Assembly: GCF_964204645.1 (NCBI RefSeq) | Contig: NC_134033.1 | Location: forward strand, 6,038,231 to 6,102,230 | DNA: 64,000 nucleotides | From: Tubulanus polymorphus | Lineage: Eukaryota; Animalia; Nemertea | Direction: 5' to 3' | The notes under the pieces: generated by a model | The model's input: only the letters and a program-made list of their open reading frames with translations | Databases searched by the model: none | Told to the model about the DNA's origin: nothing | Made by a program: the position numbers and the translations under genes | Shown here: positions 33,743 to 48,900 of the stretch, piece after piece | How the letters are laid out: each line of letters starts with the position of its first letter | How positions within the stretch are numbered: position 1 is the first letter of the stretch

Positions 33743-35645
33743 AACATTGTCGTCGTTATGTTTTCATCTATGTTAGGAAACTTGATTTTTCATTTCAAAC
33801 GATATATATTGATCGTGTTTAGTCACTCTCGAGTTGGATGCTCCAGCCACACCTACGCGTCGTTGAGGCAACAAAGGTTCTTTGATACTTTTTGGGGTTC
33901 AGTGACATATTTGTTACATTACAATAACGATGACAAATGAAATGGACATAGCTGTTCAATGCGCTAGGCTGTTCACGGATGTGTCCATGTCAAATTTTGA
34001 TTGTAAAAAAACCTCAATGCGCCTTCTGCCAGGTTGAAATTAGTAAAACCATAGATTACTGAAATAGCCACTTAATTACCCTTTCTTCTTCCACCTTGTT
34101 GCGCAAGAAGTCAAACTATCCGAACACTGTTTTTACTTTTGGTTATATAAAAATCACTTGTTACGTCGCCGAAGACCACTATACATCAGTGAACCAGTGC
34201 GGGCCGTATATAAGGGAACGCAAGAAGCACACGAAGTTACGTTAATCGTCCACTTCATTCTTGATAGTAAGACATGATCATGGTTTATATAAAGGTTTGA
34301 GTGTACATGTTCAGATGCTGAATTTTTTCATTGGGAGTGGTCGGAACAGAAATCCGTATTCACAATAGTTGGTATGGAGGTCCATATTAAAATTCAAACT
34401 ACAAAAATACAAGTTCATACAATAATACATGTTACTGTAGGCCTACTACTTGTATACAACTTCATAAAACTGCCTTAAACATAAAGATTATAGGTTATTA
34501 TACAGACGCACGATGAGCTTTCGCCAAAAAAATTTTACACCTTCAATTAGGAGAAGGATATTCTATTGTACTAGCCAACGTCATAATCATTACAATGAGA
34601 TCGCACTCATCCCGGATTCGAAGAATTGTTTTTTTTTTATATTCAAAAAACTGGAAAAATGCAGAATCTTCAAAGCATTAGGCTCTAAAACAGGTCCATG
34701 GTTCACACAGTGAACTCCATTTTAGGGTTAATTGCATGAAGCACGCCTTCCTAATAAACCACGCCTTGGTGACGTGCAGGCTAAATACGATACGAGTTGG
34801 ACCTGATTTTCCCAGATATTTAGCTCGCTGTTAGACCACGCAAACATGTAACCTAGATGTCAGATGCCGTCTACGTCATGAAAGTCCCCAAAATAGAAAT
34901 TGAATAGTCAAATGCGCTCGCCCGCATAGCTGTGTAATGTGCGACAGTGTTTTTTTCTCCGGACGTTTACGTGCTCATCGTTCACGTACCGGTAATCCAC
35001 ATTTTACGGTGACAAAAATAGCAAAAATAATTGTTTGGATTAAATGTGACGATATAGTTTGATTTTAAAGGAGCTTCTTAATTCCAAATAAAATTGTTTG
35101 CATATGTTCTACTTGCATTACTAGCATTAATTTTTCCGTGGCATTGGTAAAAAACTTCCCTCCTGCGTCTCTTCTATATATAATTTGAGCTTCTTGCAAT
35201 CTTTCTTTTTCAAAACAATAAAAATATAATTCTCCCGCCCCCTATAATTCTCCCGCCCTTTTTTTCCAGACTTTTTGGAGAGCACATTCAAATTTTGGCT
35301 TCGCATTCAATGGCTCGAAGTTTAAATAGTACATTATGTTATTGTAAGAAATACTATGTCCGTTTTTAAACAACTACTGTACTGTATTCTTTAGGCCTAT
35401 ATATGAAAAGAATATTTCCAGGCATTACAAATTGCCGCAATAAAATACATTTATGTTCTTGGGCCCGGGTTTGTTGCCAGAATGCTGCTGTGGGCTTTTT
35501 CATTGAAGGCTACAAGTGTGTAATATTTTCATTCTCGTGAATCTAAGCAGTCGCTTGACGTTCTTGGAACACAGATTCCACTTATTAGAATCCCACAATA
35601 AGAACGGAAAAACGATCCGAAAATGTTACTGCAGGAGCTAGTAGT

Positions 35646-35697
35646 TTATTCAACGTTTCGACTATACATGTATTAAAATCGTCATCGTCAGGAACAA
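35646..35697 (-). ncRNA. Penelope-type minimal type I hammerhead ribozyme motif
   Basis: Minus strand reads UUGUUC-CUGACGA-U-GAC...GUC-GAAA-CGU-U-GAAUAA: intact core boxes, helix I, short helix II and palindromic ACGU helix III. Confidence 0.6.
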
Positions 35698-36102
35698 GCT
35701 CCTTATATCTGATATACTTCAGAGTCCACTCGTGTTAACTGACAGTACCTCGGGTCAGAGACCGCATATCTAAAAACGATCAATTCGAACGTCTCCCAGT
35801 GCTTCAACTCTTCAATTACAAGCAGATGATACACTATAGCCCTAGTATGAAATCTTGCAGTAATAGCTCAATTTAGTTACTACTTACAAGCGATTATTTC
35901 CAACCGTAGCAATTTCGATCGGCAATTGATACGCGTGCTCAGGCGAATTAAATATAATAGCGAAACGATTATATTTTTTATGGTCGCGTACAATCGCACC
36001 AATCAGAGGTGCATTTGTTTAAAATTGGATTGCACAAATTGTTTTTGTTTGTAAGAACATCGCCTTCGTTCATACCGTTTTACAAACTATATCCAAATAG
36101 TC

Positions 36103-36515
36103 ATATTCCTTGTGCTAGTAGTTTATTGAACGTTTCGACTTTATTCAACTAGTCATCCTCAAGAATACTGTATTCCTCGAGCTAGTAGTTTATTGAACGT
36201 TTCGACTATGTCCTAATAGTCATCCTCAAGAATACTGTATTCCTTGAGCTAGTGTAGTTTATTCAACGTTTCGCCTATATTCTAATAATACATGTAGTCA
36301 TAGTCAGGAATACTGTATTCCTTGAGCTAGTGCAATTTATCCAACGTTTCGACTATATCCTATAAGTCATGTTCAGAAATACTGATGTAGTCCTCATCAA
36401 AAAACATAGATGAAACACTCCGAGTCGAAGAATGAAAATAGTCCGAAATGTTTTCCTTGAGCTAGCAGTTTATCAAACCTTTCAACTAGATCCTAATAGG
36501 CATCTTCAGGAAAAC
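36103..36515 (-). repeat. Tandem ~63-75-bp units, each a degenerate hammerhead motif
   Basis: Five units of minus-strand GTATTC-(C/T)TGAnnA-T-GACTA..TAGTC-GAAACGTT-(G/C)AATA. Confidence 0.7.
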
Positions 36516-39500
36516 TAAGGTTTGCAATAATAAAATTATGAGGAGTGACTAATGAAGTGATACGATGTAATACCAGGGGTTATAGAGAAACAAATCAACT
36601 GCTTGCTGAAGGGAACATTTTGATCTGTGCGTATTTTTCATTTTAGAGTGGGATTTCATGTAAACCCTAAACTATTTTCCAATTCCATGCGGTGAAATGA
36701 TATAATCGCTGTCTTTGCGCAAGGAATTCAAGTGCGCAAGTGGATTAACACAGATTCACAGTTTTCAGTTTTCAAACCCCTTGACTGAAGAAATAGCGTG
36801 CTAGTTGGCCTGTCCAGTAAAAGGGCGCGAGATTTATTCATTTCTAATTATTCAAATCCTCGTCAAGCTTTAGAACCTTTTCGGAAGTTTGCTTACTATC
36901 ATATTGGAATTATTTATCACTTAATCACGCCCTTTATTGTTACATTGTATCTAGTTATTTTTGCGATCAATGTTTTTATCTAGAAGTGTTAACTCTAATT
37001 TAGTTGCAAACGAAAGTAAAGGTTCAAAGAATGATCGGGTGAAACGACGCGAAATGACTTGTGAAAAAAATGTGGAAGGAGTTGAACCTGTACTGAAAAT
37101 GGCGCGAGAATTGTGACCGAAGAAAAGAAAGGTCGCAATATAGAAACCTATCACTTACACGATTGCATCCAGTCAGGCACGACGTGACGCGTGTCCAGGC
37201 AGATGAAGGTTTTTGGGTCGGGTCGACGTGACGCGTGTCAGAATTCTGCGTATTACAACACTATAAATACACAATGCATGACAAACAGTTATTACGTATT
37301 AAACGCAGTTTTGATATTCGGATAGAATATTTTACCTCTAGTTTTCAGCATTCATTTTGCTGCGGTATATTTCATATGAACCTCGCGATGTCGTCAGTAG
37401 TGATGATATCGACGCGAAATGATTTCAAAAATAAAATGGCGCGGGTTGACCTGTACCGTACAGGGTTATAATCGTCTAATGATTCGGATTTACCAATGAA
37501 ACTAAATTTCATCATTAAAACCGCCAAAAAATATAAACACGAAAAATATCGACATCAAAACAAACAGCGCGCCCAAAATCAGATCAAATATCAATTGATA
37601 AATTCAACCAAAAAGAAAAGACCAGAAATCCGTACCACAGAAATAGGGCACAACCTGGTGGGGTTGGTGCTGTCTGAACCTGAAACCAGTAGTAAGTAAA
37701 TGTCACTTGTATCTTATAAGAAGTAGAGTTCAACTGTTCAACTCTTCATCTTACTCAAATCACACTTAACTCACGAACTGTCAAACATTTTCAATCAAGT
37801 TCAATTGTAAATAAATGCAACTTTTACTGTTCAAAAGTTCCACTTGAATTGCAACTGTATTTTGTATCAACAGCTGAAATTATGTTTTAATTCAACGATT
37901 TATCAACTAACTATTCTAACCTAACCTATAAAGACCAGTCGGCCTACCTATTCAGGCGAGGGTTTGGGGGCAGGGGGATACTGAAATAGAGACATGTTAT
38001 ACAGGTCACACCGGAATTCTTCAGTCACTCTGTCATCATCATTCAACTTCAGGTTCAATCTTCTGTGACTAAGGGGTCTTGTTCTTTTCACTGAAATAGA
38101 ACATACAGGCCGCACCTGAATCAGGCCACTCTGTTGTGTGCTGGGGGTGAAGACACGTACTCTGTGGCCTAGTCTTCTGGGGTCTTGTCTCAGCGATGAC
38201 TCTGAACTTCTCATGTTTATTTCAACTGAATATTTTTACATAAACGTCCGGTGTTTTATAAACGAATAGTTTCAATAAACGGAAATTCTGAAAAAAAACG
38301 GAAACACCTGAAAAGAGAGAGAAACCCTGGAAATAGAAGCATAACCCTGAAATAAATATATTAAGTATCAAAATAAACAGGCCGCTTTTCCATCTGACCC
38401 AGAGACCCACAGGACCCTGATGTAAATAGCACCCAAATTTCTTAAGTTCGTTGGAAATTGTACACATTTGCATGCATTTCTATAACTTACTAACTCACCG
38501 AGTAAGTTCCTCGTAACTAACTAAACCTATGAAACATAATTTCAGCTGTTAATGTTTTTTTAACTTACAGTTTATCCAATCATGCGTGTAATGTATGAAT
38601 CCAGTGATTATCCTGAGATTCATAGTCAATTTTCACAGTCAATCTTTATCCTTGTTTTTGATAATAGTTCACAGCTTTTATGAGCGCGCCGTTTGTTATA
38701 TCATGATAATGCTGAATTAGATTGAACTCCCGATTGAATCGATTCCATTTGGAATTCCGTGAAGTCTGAAAAATAAAAACAGAAGAAATTCAAACTACCA
38801 CTTAAACGAAATACCAATAAATTAATTTCCCGGGTAAAAACCCTCACAGCTTCGCGACTCGGTGCACTCGCTTTGCTGGGGTGCCCCCGTTATACGAAAA
38901 GGTGCTCCGCGTATGTTGCCCCCCCCCCCCCCAGAAATTTACCCTTGTATCTAAATAGTCTAAAAGTAACAGGTAGAGGTTTAGATGGCATACACTGCAA
39001 GGTTTAACACGTGTGAAAATCGGTCAACTTTTCACGTGTCTTAAAATTTGCGATGCTAAAACCTCGACAAACTCGACTAAAAATCACGCTCATCTTATCC
39101 GTGTCAGTTAAATCGTTTCTGAATTTTTTTTTCATTGTTTAATTTCGTGTTTTATGATGTAGTTTCGATAATTATAAATTAATCATATTCAATTATTTTA
39201 TAAGCGCGGTGATGGAGGATTCTAATGGCGCGGGTTCCTTGCTCGTTTGCACTCGGCTCATGTGCGGCTGCTCATCGCGAAAGGTGATTGGCCGCATTAT
39301 TAATGCAGGGCGCAATAAGAAATTCTGATTGGCCAGGTGGTGTGCATATGTAATGAAAGTTCGTTTTGGCGGGGGCGCCAAAACGGAATATTCTTTGTTT
39401 TGGCGCGCCAAAACGAACTTTCAGAGATATTTCGACGTTCTTCGTTATTTTGACGGGGGCACCAAAACGGAATTTTCATTTTTTTGGCGCGCCAAAACGA

Positions 39501-41654
39501 ACTTTCAAAGAAAATTTGACGTTTTTTTTTCGTTTTGGCGTTCTGGCGTTCTGGCGCCCTCATTTACTTACCAGGAATTTTACGCTATGGCCCTTATCAG
39601 CCACCATAATTAGGGGATTACTTAAAATAAATTGCGTTAACAGAGCCTATCATAAGATTAGATTTGTGAATATTTATTACAAATATATATTATGATTTAA
39701 TTCATCTCGTCACGAAACCGATATTCCAAAATGTGACGGAGATGAACGTGATGGAGATGAATGACTAGGTGAGCATGAGGGGTTACATCTTTTATTGATT
39801 TTTTTTAGCAAATTGTTTGAAGGTTGATGTTAAGCGCGATAATGTCCTCAATCAATAAATGTATTTTTTATTGATACAATGTATAGTATTCCTACTCTAC
39901 AGACCGTTCGGAGATGAATGAGAATAAACATACGCACTCATCACTTGTTTAGATGCGGTTATTTTTTCCCTTCAAATGTGTAGAAGATGAGCGTCATGCA
40001 CTCAAGCGTTTAAAGATTGCGCTTGTTCACAGGGGCGCCATAAGTCGTCATAGATAGTTCAAATGGAAACTGGTTGAGATGGTTTTACGTCGGCCGTGAC
40101 GGAGAGGAAAAATAGGGGACGCCCTTTACCCCAAATAAATTTAAATGGATTTATTATATCCTAAGAATAGAAGTTATTTGTAACTCTTTATTTATATGCA
40201 ATATATTTTATCAGATCGGCACAAATTTTGCATCTTATAACTTCACTTGAGGTGTCATATCATGAGAAAGAAACATGGACCGTGTATCGGGGACATGACG
40301 ATATCGCGTACACAATAATTTTCAATGGATTTAAATTCACCATTAAATGCAGAAAATTTCTTGAAATTGTATTCAAACAATTGGTTTATTGCTGAAGTTT
40401 TTGGTCAAAGGTCGTGAAATATTGGTCATTTGTCTGAATTAGTGATAAATCTCTCTCCGGGACATGAATAGCTGCTACTCGTGAAGAATGACCCAATATG
40501 TGCAAAAACAGTCGAACAGATAGCAATTGGAATCACGTGAATCCAACGCCAGAGGCCTACTTCATATATAGTCAGACACATAAGAAGGGGCTCGAGTTGT
40601 TTTCGCACCTTGAACTTGAACTTGCACCGAAACATTCAAAACAGCGTTGCGTCGGCTATTCCGGGTAGGGCGAATACGTTTTGGAAAATGATACGGCCAG
40701 GGAAACCAGACACCCCCTCACTAGCAGGATTCGAACCTGGATGGCATCGCGCTCAGCCACGGCACTATACTGCCACTGGTCGCCTCTCCCACCTGCATTC
40801 GCAGTCAGAGTCAGAAAAGCTGAAGGTAGAGACTGGCAACCAGTCTACCACGGCACGAACCGTGGCGATCTTGGCGCCATCAGGTTCGAATCCCTGCCGT
40901 GAGAGGATGCTTGTGACAGAAAACATTTTGCTAAAGATTGTGATAAGAGAGGAAATTCATAAAAAAGAAATAAATAGAAATCGGAAATGAAAAATGAATA
41001 ATTTATTAAAGATATTTATTAAGCAAATGAAATATCTATTACATCTGCATTAAACAAATTTGCTTTGCAAAACTACACAACAAACAAAATGGAAATAAAT
41101 CAAAAATAGGCCACTACTAGTCTGTAGTAGTTCGATCATCCACCTTCAACATAAATCATCAAGCTATCATTCCCTTCCACCCGATACGAAGAAGACACCG
41201 AAAATAATCTAAGATCCTGTGCAGTAAAGTAGATAACATAGAATAGACAGGGCCTGACAGGGGAGATGATTGGTTGGGTGACATTGGATGTAGGGGATCA
41301 GGTCAGTAGTTTAAGTTAAGTTAGTTAGGCCTAATTAGTTACCAATTCAATTCCATTCTTTATTGATCCTTATAACAACAATACATATCAGATTCCCAAA
41401 TTCAATAAAGTTACAAATTTCAAAACAAGAAAACACGATATACAAAATACAATGGAATAACCTAAACAAGTTATTTCAAATGCACATGTCAAAGGCAGTA
41501 GAATATGGGCTTTGACCTTGTTGGTGTGTTAAAAATGATAAGATTTATCGTAATCTACGATAAAAATACCACCGGGGTTGCCATCTTAATCATCCATGAT
41601 GCAACTGTTTTACCCGTGATCCAATGCGCGTCCGGCGTTTAACTATTATAAGCT

Positions 41655-41940
41655 TACTATACAGAAAGGCAGGAAACGCTCCTATCTCTAGTTAGAGGCA
41701 TCGCGAATTTTCAATAATCTATTTCGTTGCCAGTTAAAATCTTTAACGGAGCTAAAACAGCGTCAATGTTTCCAAAAAATCATCTACAATTGAAATTATG
41801 GGCACTCCTTATATATCAGGATTAAAATTGACACGGGAACGAACTTCAGCAATCGTCGGCAGTGTTCGGCTGTCCCCATATTTGCAGGTAGATTTAAGCG
41901 TTTCAGAGATAGGAAGCATTTCCTGCTTTTCTGTATAGTA
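41655..41940. mobile_element. MITE with ~35-bp TIRs
   Basis: TACTATACAGAAAGGCAGGAAACGCTCCTATCTCT / AGAGATAGGAAGCATTTCCTGCTTTTCTGTATAGTA. Sits within another repeat that recurs inverted at ~54590-54780. Confidence 0.7.
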
Positions 41941-42257
41941 TAGTTAAACGAGAGACACGCATTGCATCATGGGTAAATTGATTGCTAAACATGGCGGATT
42001 ATCGAAGTAGGAATAACATACCGCTGGTGAAATATTGAATAGACCTATTTATCCGCAATCAAAGCCCATACAAGTGCCTTCAACCCAGACTCAAGAGGAT
42101 ATCGAGTGGCAGCAAAACTGACCGCGCTTTGCTACACGATATGCTCCAAAGTAACCTCTAATCATTGGTGTTAAGCTTTTTATAATCGGATGGGCTTGCG
42201 TGAAAATATCCGATCGTGAAACTAAACGACAGACAGTAGTCAGTTGTAGGCCCTTAA

Positions 42258-42831
42258 TCCTTTCGCTACGTGTGACGTTTTGGAAACGTCATATGAGTGA
42301 CACTTGCTGTGCGTATGACGTTGTAGAAACGTCATGCACCTATTGATTTATAACTCGAACGCGTACACAGCAAACAGTATGGAAACGCATGTAAGACAAG
42401 ATAGTTAGCTTTCTAAACAACAGATGGCGAAAATGCGTCAGTAGTTGGTGCTGTCAGCCTGTTGAGCACATGGTAATTTGCGCGGGATTGAGATGGCTCC
42501 CCACTTACGTACCTCTACCAGCGGAAAAGGATATCCCATATCAATTGAATTTCTTTCATCCACACCGTAGCATCAATCACCAAAGACTGAGATAGGCACT
42601 TGGGTGAAAAACTGAAAAAAAAAATTTCTAACCCATCCTGACCCCCCCCCCAACACGCCCCCCCCTACAGAAAAGGCTGTTGGTATGATTTTTTACTGAT
42701 TTTCACTAAATAACATAATAATCTTCGATAAAAACGCGAAAAATCGGGGTTAAAAACAATTTGAAAAAAATCGAATTTTTCGGAAAATACCTTACGTAGG
42801 GGGCGGTGCAAGCGTGTACGCAGCGAAAGGG
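42258..42831. mobile_element. piggyBac-type non-autonomous element
   Basis: TTAA at 42254-42257 and 42832-42835; ends TCCTTTCGCTACGT / ACGCAGCGAAAGGG. Confidence 0.75.
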
Positions 42832-42982
42832 TTAAGAAGCCTCTACTACTACTTAGTTTGTAATTTATTAGCGGACCTTGTAAATTTTCTCCTTTGAAAC
42901 TCTTCATATCCAAGAATAACTGATCTGCAGGGACATTTGCATAAAAGTAGCCAAGACTATTCGAATTTCAATATTTTTTCAG

Positions 42983-45900
42983 GCTTTGATCTACGATCTT
43001 CATGGACGTGCGCGCATTGAAGAGGGTCCCAAACGGGTAAGTATTTGCTAGTTAGTGCAAAAATACACTCGTAAGGCCTACAGTGAAAAATGAATTTGAA
43101 CTGGATTTTTAGGCTCCTAATCCCTAAAGTTATCAAATAAGAGATTGATCCAGCTGAAAATTGATTAACTTAAGCTGGGGGCACACGAGCGTTATTATTC
43201 GCCTGATCCTGGCGAATTTGTAAATTGGCCGTGTGCCTGTTCAGGGCGCCGGGCGATTAAACAATAAGACGCTTCAAGGTAATGTCTTGGTATTTGGTTT
43301 ATACATGTGTCTACCCTAGACACATCTTCAGCCCAAAAACTGGCCCTCTCAGATTCAAGATGGCCGACTGGCAGCCATTGTTGTTCGGCAAAATCAACAC
43401 TTTTTACACTTTTTGAGGGAAATTTTGAAGACGCTTAAATCAATTACCTTGATCTTTCATATATATTTGAATCCCCCCAGGGCCCATCACCATAAGAAAA
43501 ATTGGGTCGATTGGGCTCAAGATGGCCGTCCTATGACCTTTTTAGTGCCCAAAAATGTCAATTTTGGCCCAAATTCTGAGTCCTGTAGCTTTCTACTGGT
43601 TTGTCATTTCTCATTGCAATTTTTGATGCATATTCCTTGGAAAGGGTTGTTTTATACCTGAGCCAGGTATTTTTGATCGGCCATTTGTGACGCAATTGGC
43701 GGCCATCTTGGTATCATCAGTACTCATTGGAAGGTGGGAAAAAGTTTTTCCACATTATATTGATACCTAAGCATATTTTGTTACCATAATTAATTGCAAA
43801 GTTGTTGCTCATGACATCATCTATGATTGTGGTGAGTTTCAAGGACATTAGTTATTCTATATGGTCACCAGGGGGCGTTGAATAGTAGAATAACTTAGTA
43901 TTTCCTTATTAGATTGGTACCTAGGCATATTTTGTTATCATGATCAATTGCAAAGTTGTAGTTTATGACATGTTCTATGATTATGGTGAGTTTTAAGGTC
44001 ATTGGGTTTTGAATATGGTCACCAGGGGGCGTTGAATAGTAGAATACTTAGTATTTCCATATTAAATTGGTAACGAGACATATTTTGTTATCACAATCAA
44101 TTACAAAATCATAGCTGCTGACATGTTCTATGATTGTGGTGAGGTTCAAGGTCATTGGTTTTTGTTTATGGTCACCAGGTGGCGTTGAACATTGAAATTG
44201 TTAGATTGTTGAGCATTGGAAACCACTTCCCAAGTGGGCATGGTGTCCCTGGACCCCTAGTTACACATTTAGAACTTTTTGAGGGAAATTTTAAAGACGC
44301 TTTGATCAATTACCTTGATCTTTCAAATATATTTGAAACCCCCAAGGGCCCATAAGCATAAGAAAAATTGGGTCGATCGGACTCAAGATGGCCATCCTAT
44401 GACCTTTATTGTGCCCAAAAATGTCAATTTTGGCCCGAATTCTGAGTCCTATACCTATGCATATTTTGCAACCACAATCAATTGCAAAGTTGTAGCTCAT
44501 GGCATCGTCTATAATTGTGGTGAGTTAGTTGTTCTATATGGTCACCAGGGGGCGTTGAATATTAGAATAACTTGGTATTTTCTTATTATATTGGTACCTA
44601 GGCATATTTTATTACCATGATCAATTGCAAAGTTGTAGCTCATGACATGTTCTATGATGAGTTTCAAGGTCATTGGGTTTTGCATATGGTCACCAGAGGG
44701 CGTTGAGTAGTAGAATAACTTAGTATTTCCATATTAAATTGGGAAGGTGACTTATTTTGTTATCACAATAAATTACAAAATCATAGCTGCTGACATGTTC
44801 TATGATTGAAGTGAGTTTCAAGGTCATTGGTTTTATATTTAAATTGTTAGATTGTTGAGCATTTGAAACCACTTCCCAAGTGGGCATGGCATCCCTGGAC
44901 CCCTAGTTTAACTCTCCCACGCTAAACGGCAGTCGCTGACCGAATTCCGGTTTGATCACTACATGTGCCCGCCCCTCACTCGTACTGGGCGTATAAATTT
45001 GCTGGCGAATTTAATTGATGCTATCCAACGAAAAAACACGCTTGTGTGCGCCTAGCTTCATCAGAAAAGATTATTTCAATTTAACTTAAATGTAGTAGAA
45101 GAAATTAAATTGCTCTTAATGGGTAACCACCAGCGACACCTGGTGGGGCCTCACAGAATCCTCACTTGCAAGAGTGCCTTATTGAAATGTGGCAGGAATT
45201 TAAGTGCAGGGCCTCACAGAATCCTCACTTGCAAGACTGCCTTATTGAATCGGGCAGGAATTTAAGTGCAGGAACTATATAACCACTAGGGACACCTTGT
45301 GGATACAATCTGGAATCCTTACTTGCCACAGTTAGGATTGCCAGTAGGCTACAAGCCCCGATCGACGGATTTTTTAAAAACTCTGCCTCTCATCTCTTTT
45401 TCATAGTTATTTCTATTTCGCGAGAAGTTTACGGAACTTTCTCGACTGTCGGCGAATCAAAACGAGTTTCTGAAAGTGAAATATATTGATGGAAAAGTTG
45501 ATCACATTCCCGGGTAAGTGACGTCATCTTTAGGGTCAAGTTTAATGCGGTGGTTTGCAGATGATACATTCCTACCGAGTTGAGATCCACTGAAACACTG
45601 TCGCCATCTATAGGTAAAGTTTAATCTGTGGCTCTCACATGTGTCAAGAGTAATGAGCCAGTGTCTCCATCCATAGGTTAACGTTTTAAATAGGCTAATC
45701 TAATGGGTATCAGCTGTGCCAAGCTTTTTTGCGAAGCAAATCTGTTTCAAGGGAAAGAGCACTTTTTCGCTGCGAAAAGGGGCACTTGGATTGAAAATCG
45801 ATTGAAAAGCCGATTGAAAACGTACAGATTTGAAATATGATTTTTTCGATAATCTCTTACAACGTCTCATTTATGATTTAAATGCCTTGAATTTGTATTT

Positions 45901-48900
45901 ATCTCCGATATCCTACAATAACATATTTACAAGTACATGTAATTCTGAACCATTGTACGGTATGATTATTTAACAATATCAGTTTCGTTTGACCCTTTAC
46001 AGTTTACCCTTTTCCCAAAATTTACAAGTTATCATTGGACTTCATCACACAGTGAAATGATTATCATTAATTCAGGTTTAAAAAACGACATGAATTATCA
46101 GTATCATGACCTGAATTTTTTTACACACACGGGTCTGATATCAAATTTAATCTAGAGTGACTGCTACATGGACACACAGCTGCCATCTCAGGGGGGCAGA
46201 ACCGCGGCCGGACCAAAACTTTGCTCATCATGTTTTGCATTTTGATGTTATGTGTATTAATGTCTATAATCATAATTTTAAAAACTATTATCATCCTGCC
46301 GTGAATTTTGTCCTGATGTTAGGGGATTTATTTCAAATCTCTCATGCCAGAATGTTGTTAGAATGCATCTTCTGGCTGATTCTAAACATTTCAAAAGCTT
46401 TTTCAAAAAGAGGACCCGGATCCCCACCATTGCTTGGCGCCTTGGACGATCGCAAATACCTCCACACTGGCAGAAAGTTTAAGGTTTAGGGTAAGGCCTA
46501 AAGTTTAATTAAGTAGTTCTGCTACATAGTTGATAAAAACAGTATTGCCATCTATAGGGTAAGGATCACGCGACGGGTGGAAACAAACGTTTGACACTCA
46601 AGGGTTACTCATTCTTTTCAGGCCGTGCTCGATGTTTCGTGATCCCAGCAAGCACACGTCCATCGATAAAATGCAAGGTATTCCGCTAGACGCGAATGAA
46701 CTGCTCGTCGTCTATTCGAAAAATGAAAAGACTAAAGAAGTGATGCGCTATCTAAAAGATGGACCGACCATCTACATACCTAAAGCAAATGAATGGTAGG
46801 TACTGCAAGTAATTGCCCATTGATTATATGATTGTGGTGAGTTTCAAGGCAAATCTGAATCTGTGTATGATCCCTAGGGGGCGCTGAATAGCAGAATAAC
46901 ATGGCGTTTCCATATATTGCTATCTTAAAGGCAATCCCTGTAAGCACAATCAATTCATCAAGGTCATCGATTAGTGTTAGGTCGGGAAAATATAGAATAT
47001 CCTGTGTTAGATGAATATGTATGAAAGCTCACAATAATTTCAGCTAATGGTGGGAAAGTTCTCGAATAAATGAGTGTAGGCTATATATGTGTAGGTTAAA
47101 TATTTCAAGCAATTTGTGGCTATAGACATCAGATGTTCCAACGCTATGACTGATGATGGCTATTAGTCTGTAGCCGAAACATTGCTTGAAATATGAAGTG
47201 ATTTATTCAAGAATTTTCAAGTCCTTCGCTTATGTTATTGTGGCACTTCTTAGGTGTTGATTACTGCATCTGATGGGCCCGCTTTCATAGACTGGGTATC
47301 AAAGTTATCCCTAGGGTTAAATCCTCAATCTGGGTGACAACTACCATAGTGATAATGAGAAACCATGGATATAACTGACAAATTTCAAAATGTTCACAGG
47401 GACTATTTTGCTTCCACAACTATGAAACCCTGCCCAGGGGTGTTAACTTTTGTCATTGCCAGATTGTCGAGCAATTTACCGATAGGGCATGGTGTTCCTG
47501 GACCTGCAGTTTTATTTGCTTGTTTTTTAGGCTTCACACGTTTAATTGGCACGGTACAAACCCAGATAATAAAACACAGAAAATTCCTGGTCTACTGAAG
47601 TTTAATAAACTTCAAGTAATTCCAGACCAATTCTATTATAATGTAAGTAAATTTGAGTTGGAAAATAATTACAGTCAGCCCCCGATATACCGGCCATATG
47701 GCTGCAGAACGATCTTGGTGGTACACAGAGTATGGCTGTATATCGAGGGTGTTTTACTATGTATCTTTATTGAGATGTACATTGAGAAAACCTGGAAACC
47801 TGGCGGTAGGCGGGGTGACATAAAATGGAAGGGCAGTATATCGGGGGTTTACTGTAGTATGAAACTGCAATAATCACTCCTTACTTCACCACATTATCAA
47901 CCCTAGTTTTCATTTTTAAATTCATATAGCTTTAGTCAAATATGTGCATCTAAACAGGACTTTTTGGACCATAAAGATTTGGCTAACGGTCATTTGCGAG
48001 TTGAACAGTTATCTCTAAATTGAACACTCTTAGTTGAACAGTTCTCTCTTGAGTTCAACCGTTCTCTGTTGAAGAGGGTGACCACAATTCTGCGTAACAC
48101 GGAAAAACACAGACGAATGAGATCAGAATATTCGCTGGGCTAGCTTACTTCTCTGGTCTTACCTACTGCCATTCATCAGGATACATGGAAAGCATCGCTT
48201 TTACCGAAAAAAACACAGCGAATTCACAAGTGGATGGATTGTGGTCACCTGTTGTTCAATAGTTAAACAAGTATCTCTCTCAGAAGTTCAACTTTCTGCA
48301 GTAGTTTCTAATAAAGTCGCTGATGATGTGTCATCATACAGGTTGATGAAGTACGCACCGCAGACGACGCGTTGATGAGAATCAAACTGATGATATTTTA
48401 CGAGCTGAAAGACATCCCTCGAATGGTAACGATTTTCGCAGATTAAGTCCAGAAAAATGTCGATAATTTCTGTTCTCTTTTATCAATCTTCTGAAGAATA
48501 CCTCGTTTCTGCGTTTTCTTTTCAGTTGGCTAATACGCAAGATCCGATTGCAGATTTCATCAAGTACGTTGAGAAATTGTTTCTATTTCGAGTTACCGGT
48601 TGTTGCAATAATGCATAGTCCAGATTGACTAGTCGAGTTAACTATTGATCTTTTTGGGGCACACCTCCATCATTTGGTGCAGTCTTTAGACTCAAGAGTG
48701 TCCTCTCAATGAATTAGACTTGGTCCATGCTCTATATGGTGATTATGTACACCGTTTAATATTTATTGAGACATAAAATTCATTCATTCAAAATAGAAGA
48801 AATGAAATTTTTTGAATTGGATGTAGGGTTCACAACTTTGTGCGGTAACTTTGTACAGTAAAAATTCATATGCATTTCATATTTTTATATATGTGTGATT

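Noticed and set aside
36103-36515. CRISPR array
   Set aside because: Eukaryotic context, no cas genes, and the units are wholly repeated with no unique spacers. The same applies to 56445-56950.
39193-39695. Overlapping ORFs on both strands
   Set aside because: Arise from TTTTGGCGCGCCAAAA palindromic repeats of a probable non-coding transposon remnant whose ends I could not define.
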